The notes under the pieces: generated by a model
Told to the model about the DNA's origin: nothing
The model's database searches: none
The model's input: only the letters and a program-made list of their open reading frames with translations
Made by a program: the position numbers and the translations under genes
Shown: in pieces, positions 61,505 to 64,000 of the stretch
Layout: each line of letters begins with the position of its first letter
How positions within the stretch are numbered: the first letter of the stretch is position 1
NCBI GenBank assembly: GCA_965198065.1
Contig: CBDAON010000004.1
Span: 1,216,001-1,280,000, forward strand
Source: Longimicrobiales bacterium
GTDB lineage: Bacteria; Gemmatimonadota; Gemmatimonadetes; Longimicrobiales; Gaopeijiaceae
DNA length: 64,000 nt
Direction of reading: 5' to 3'

Positions 61505-62607
61505 AGGGGGGCCTCGTCGCGCAGGGGGCGCTCGGGGGCCTCGTTGGCGAAGGAGCGCTCGGCGAGCACCTCGTCCAGTGCCCGGAGGAAACGGTCGGTC
61601 TCGCGCCGTGGGCCCACCGAGACCCGAACGGCGTCGCCGATCCTGGGAAGGCCGGGGAACGGCCGCACCCCGACCCCTCGCTCGCTCAGCCCGGCCGTCA
61701 CGCCGGGCACGGTCCCTTCCGGGACCGGGAGGAGGAGGAAGTTGGCCTGGGACGGGATGGGGACGAGTCCCCGTGCTTCTAGCTCTCGGCGGAGTCGGTC
61801 CCGCTCCTCCCTGACCTTGGCGACGATCGCCGGCACCCAACCCTCCCGGTCCTCGAGGGCGACCAGTGCGGCTCCCTCGGCTGCTCGGCCCACCTTGTAC
61901 GGGCCCCTCGACTTCTCCACCTCGGCGATCACGCCCGCCGGCCCGACCGCGAAACCCACGCGCAGCCCGGCGAGCCCGTAAGCCTTGGAAAACGTCCGGA
62001 CCACGAGGAGGCGGTGTGAAGCTGCCGCCTCGCGAAGGAAGTCGTCGTCCGCGAAATCGGCATACGCCTCGTCGAGCAGGATGATCGGGCCTTCGGGGTC
62101 GGCTGCCTCGACCAGGCCCTCGACCCAGGCACGGGGCGCTGCCTCCCCCGTGGGGTTGTTGGGACGACAGACATACACGACGGCGGCGCGACGTTCGACG
62201 AGGGCCCCGGGTTCCGCGGCCGCCTCCATGGGTACCGGGTCCGGATCGAGCCCGCTCGCGCGGGCGAACACCTCCACCATCGAAAAGGTCGGCGGGAGGT
62301 ACGCCACCCGCTCGCCACCGTCCCCTGCGGCCCGGAAGATCGAGTCGAGGAGGTCGTCCGAGCCGCACCCCGTGACCACGGACTCCTCAGGTACATCGAA
62401 CCGTCGGGCGATCGCCCCGCGGAGCCCATCGGCGTACACGGAAGGGTAACGGACCAGATCCTCCTCGCGGGCGGCCCTGAGGGCACGGAGTGCTCCGGGG
62501 TGGGGTCCCCAGCGGTTCGTGTTGTCCGAGAGGTCCACCTCGACCGGCCGCCGGTCTGGGGCGTAGCGGGCGATACGCCGGTAGGGCTCGCGAGGGAACG
62601 GGCTCAT
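61501..62607 (-). CDS. hisC: Histidinol-phosphate aminotransferase
   Basis: PNNPTG, DEAY, RTFSKAYGLAGLRVG. Confidence 0.96.
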   Translation of the reverse strand: MSPFPREPYRRIARYAPDRRPVEVDLSDNTNRWGPHPGALRALRAAREEDLVRYPSVYADGLRGAIARRFDVPEESVVTGCGSDDLLDSIFRAAGDGGERVAYLPPTFSMVEVFARASGLDPDPVPMEAAAEPGALVERRAAVVYVCRPNNPTGEAAPRAWVEGLVEAADPEGPIILLDEAYADFADDDFLREAAASHRLLVVRTFSKAYGLAGLRVGFAVGPAGVIAEVEKSRGPYKVGRAAEGAALVALEDREGWVPAIVAKVREERDRLRRELEARGLVPIPSQANFLLLPVPEGTVPGVTAGLSERGVGVRPFPGLPRIGDAVRVSVGPRRETDRFLRALDEVLAERSFANEAPERPLRDEAPL

Positions 62608-63941
62608 GGCCGGGCCCTCGCCCGGACGGCCGCCGCGTGGGCGGGGAGCCCTTCGGCCTCGGCCATCCGACCGACGTCGTCCGACAGAGCCGCGGCCCCC
62701 TCCTCGGAGACCTCCTGCCAGTTGAAGACGCGGCCGAAATCCAGCACGGAGAGACCGGAGAACGACCGGGCCCGGCCCCCCGTGGGAAGCACGTGGTTCG
62801 CCCCGGTGACGTAATCGCCGAACGCAACCGACGAGGCGTCTCCGAGGAACACCGTGCCGGCCGTCGATTGGGTCTCGAGGTCGCGCGCCGGATCGTCCGT
62901 GAAGAGCGCGAGGTGCTCGGCCGCGTACGCCTCCGCGAAGCCGAGTGCCTCGCTCCGGTCTCCCGCCAGGAGGATCGCGCCCCTGGTCGCCAGCGCGGCT
63001 TCAACGATCTCCTTCCTCCCCGCCGCGGCCACCCGCGCCCCCAGAGCGTTTCGGACCTCCTCCAGGAGCTTCGCGCTCCAGCTCACGACGGCCACCGAGG
63101 CGTCGGGGTCGTGCTCGGCCTGCGCGACCAGCTCGGCCGCCACCCGCTCGGGGTCCGCCGAGCCGTCTGCCACCACGAGTACCTCCGAGGGGCCGGCCGG
63201 CGAATCGATCCGGAGCTCGCCCGCGACCTGCCTTTTGGCCTCGGTGACCCATCGGTTCCCGGGCCCGACGATGGCGTCGACCCTCGGCACCGAGGCCGTC
63301 CCGTAGGCTAGGGCACCGATTGCTCCCGCCCCGCCGATGGCTAGGAGCCTCGAGGCCCCCGCGATGGCGCAGGCCGTGAGGACGTGGGGCGGCGGCTCGC
63401 CGGAGGCGCCGGGGGGCGAGCAAACGATGACGTCCTCCACTCCCGCGGCGCGGGCCGGTACCACGCCCATGAGGACGGACGAGGGGTAGGCCGCCCGGCC
63501 CCCCGGGGCGTAGACGCCCACCGCCCGGAGCGGAACGAACCTCCGACCAAGGCGCACCCCGGGCTCGATCTCGACCACGAGCTCGTTCGGGATCTGGGCC
63601 TCGTGAAACGCGCGGATGTTTCGGGCCGCTCGCTCGAGCGCGGCGACAAGGGAGGGATCGAGCGAACGCCTCGCGGCCTCCCACCTCACGGACGGCACCT
63701 CCAGGGAGCGAAGCTCGACGCCGTCCAGCTCCCGCGCCATCTGCAGGAGCGCGGCGTCCCCTTCGGTCCGGACTCGGGTGAGGATGGTCCGCACCGAGTC
63801 CCGAACACGCGCCTCGTCGGACGGTCTCCGCTCGAGGAGCAGGGCGCGCTCCGCCGGGCCGAGCTCCGAGACGCGGGCGTCCACGGCCAGCCGAAGGGAG
63901 GGCGCGCCGGCGCCCGGCGGTGAGCTTACTCCCTTCGTCAT
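62604..63941 (-). CDS. hisD: Histidinol dehydrogenase
   Basis: GVYAPGG, GPGN, AGPSE, QAEHD, GDY..GANH.LPT. Confidence 0.97.
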   Translation of the reverse strand: MTKGVSSPPGAGAPSLRLAVDARVSELGPAERALLLERRPSDEARVRDSVRTILTRVRTEGDAALLQMARELDGVELRSLEVPSVRWEAARRSLDPSLVAALERAARNIRAFHEAQIPNELVVEIEPGVRLGRRFVPLRAVGVYAPGGRAAYPSSVLMGVVPARAAGVEDVIVCSPPGASGEPPPHVLTACAIAGASRLLAIGGAGAIGALAYGTASVPRVDAIVGPGNRWVTEAKRQVAGELRIDSPAGPSEVLVVADGSADPERVAAELVAQAEHDPDASVAVVSWSAKLLEEVRNALGARVAAAGRKEIVEAALATRGAILLAGDRSEALGFAEAYAAEHLALFTDDPARDLETQSTAGTVFLGDASSVAFGDYVTGANHVLPTGGRARSFSGLSVLDFGRVFNWQEVSEEGAAALSDDVGRMAEAEGLPAHAAAVRARARP

Positions 63942-64000
63942 GGCATCAGCCGCTCGATTCGGGTGACCAGAATGCCCGCGGCCCCGAGTTCCTTCAGCCG
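63938..64000 (-). CDS. hisG: ATP phosphoribosyltransferase, C-terminal end only
   Basis: ...RLKELGAAGILVTRIERLMP* overlapping the hisD start. Confidence 0.85.
   Translation of the reverse strand, partial: RLKELGAAGILVTRIERLMP

Noticed and set aside
1..64000. CRISPR array, cas genes, rRNA, retron/RT or integrase
   Set aside because: I saw no regularly spaced repeats with unique spacers and no matching protein or rRNA motifs.

Overview
GC-rich bacterial window; the gene repertoire suggests Gemmatimonadota, but that is an inference. The left ~22 kb is a decayed accessory region that starts near an orphan tRNA-Ala 3' fragment (att-like site, 3083-3124). It holds one complete IS3 with a target-site duplication (TSD), several IS3/IS481/IS1595 remnants, many gene fragments, an NfeD/flotillin pair, an amidohydrolase and a GT9 glycosyltransferase. 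It also holds two complete IS1595-family elements with cargo genes, each bounded by inverted repeats (IRs) and an 8-bp TSD. The first (6801-9338) carries a translationally coupled chain: transposase, 56-aa peptide, 248-aa unknown protein, PIN nuclease. It sits inside a DUF4062 gene. The second (20085-22246) and a remnant near 5 kb share a small conserved antisense ORF whose start codon overlaps the transposase ATG head-to-head. The right ~42 kb is mostly housekeeping: malic enzyme, rmuC, glycosyltransferases with an ABC exporter, an Omp85-like protein, an NHL protein, NUDIX, a 10-gene Mrp antiporter operon, tkt, leuS, waaA, rhodanese, an ABC transporter and the his operon. Many accessory genes are frameshifted or truncated while the core genes are intact. 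The best candidate for an undescribed system is the IS1595-borne PIN/partner cassette together with the conserved IS1595 micro-ORFs.
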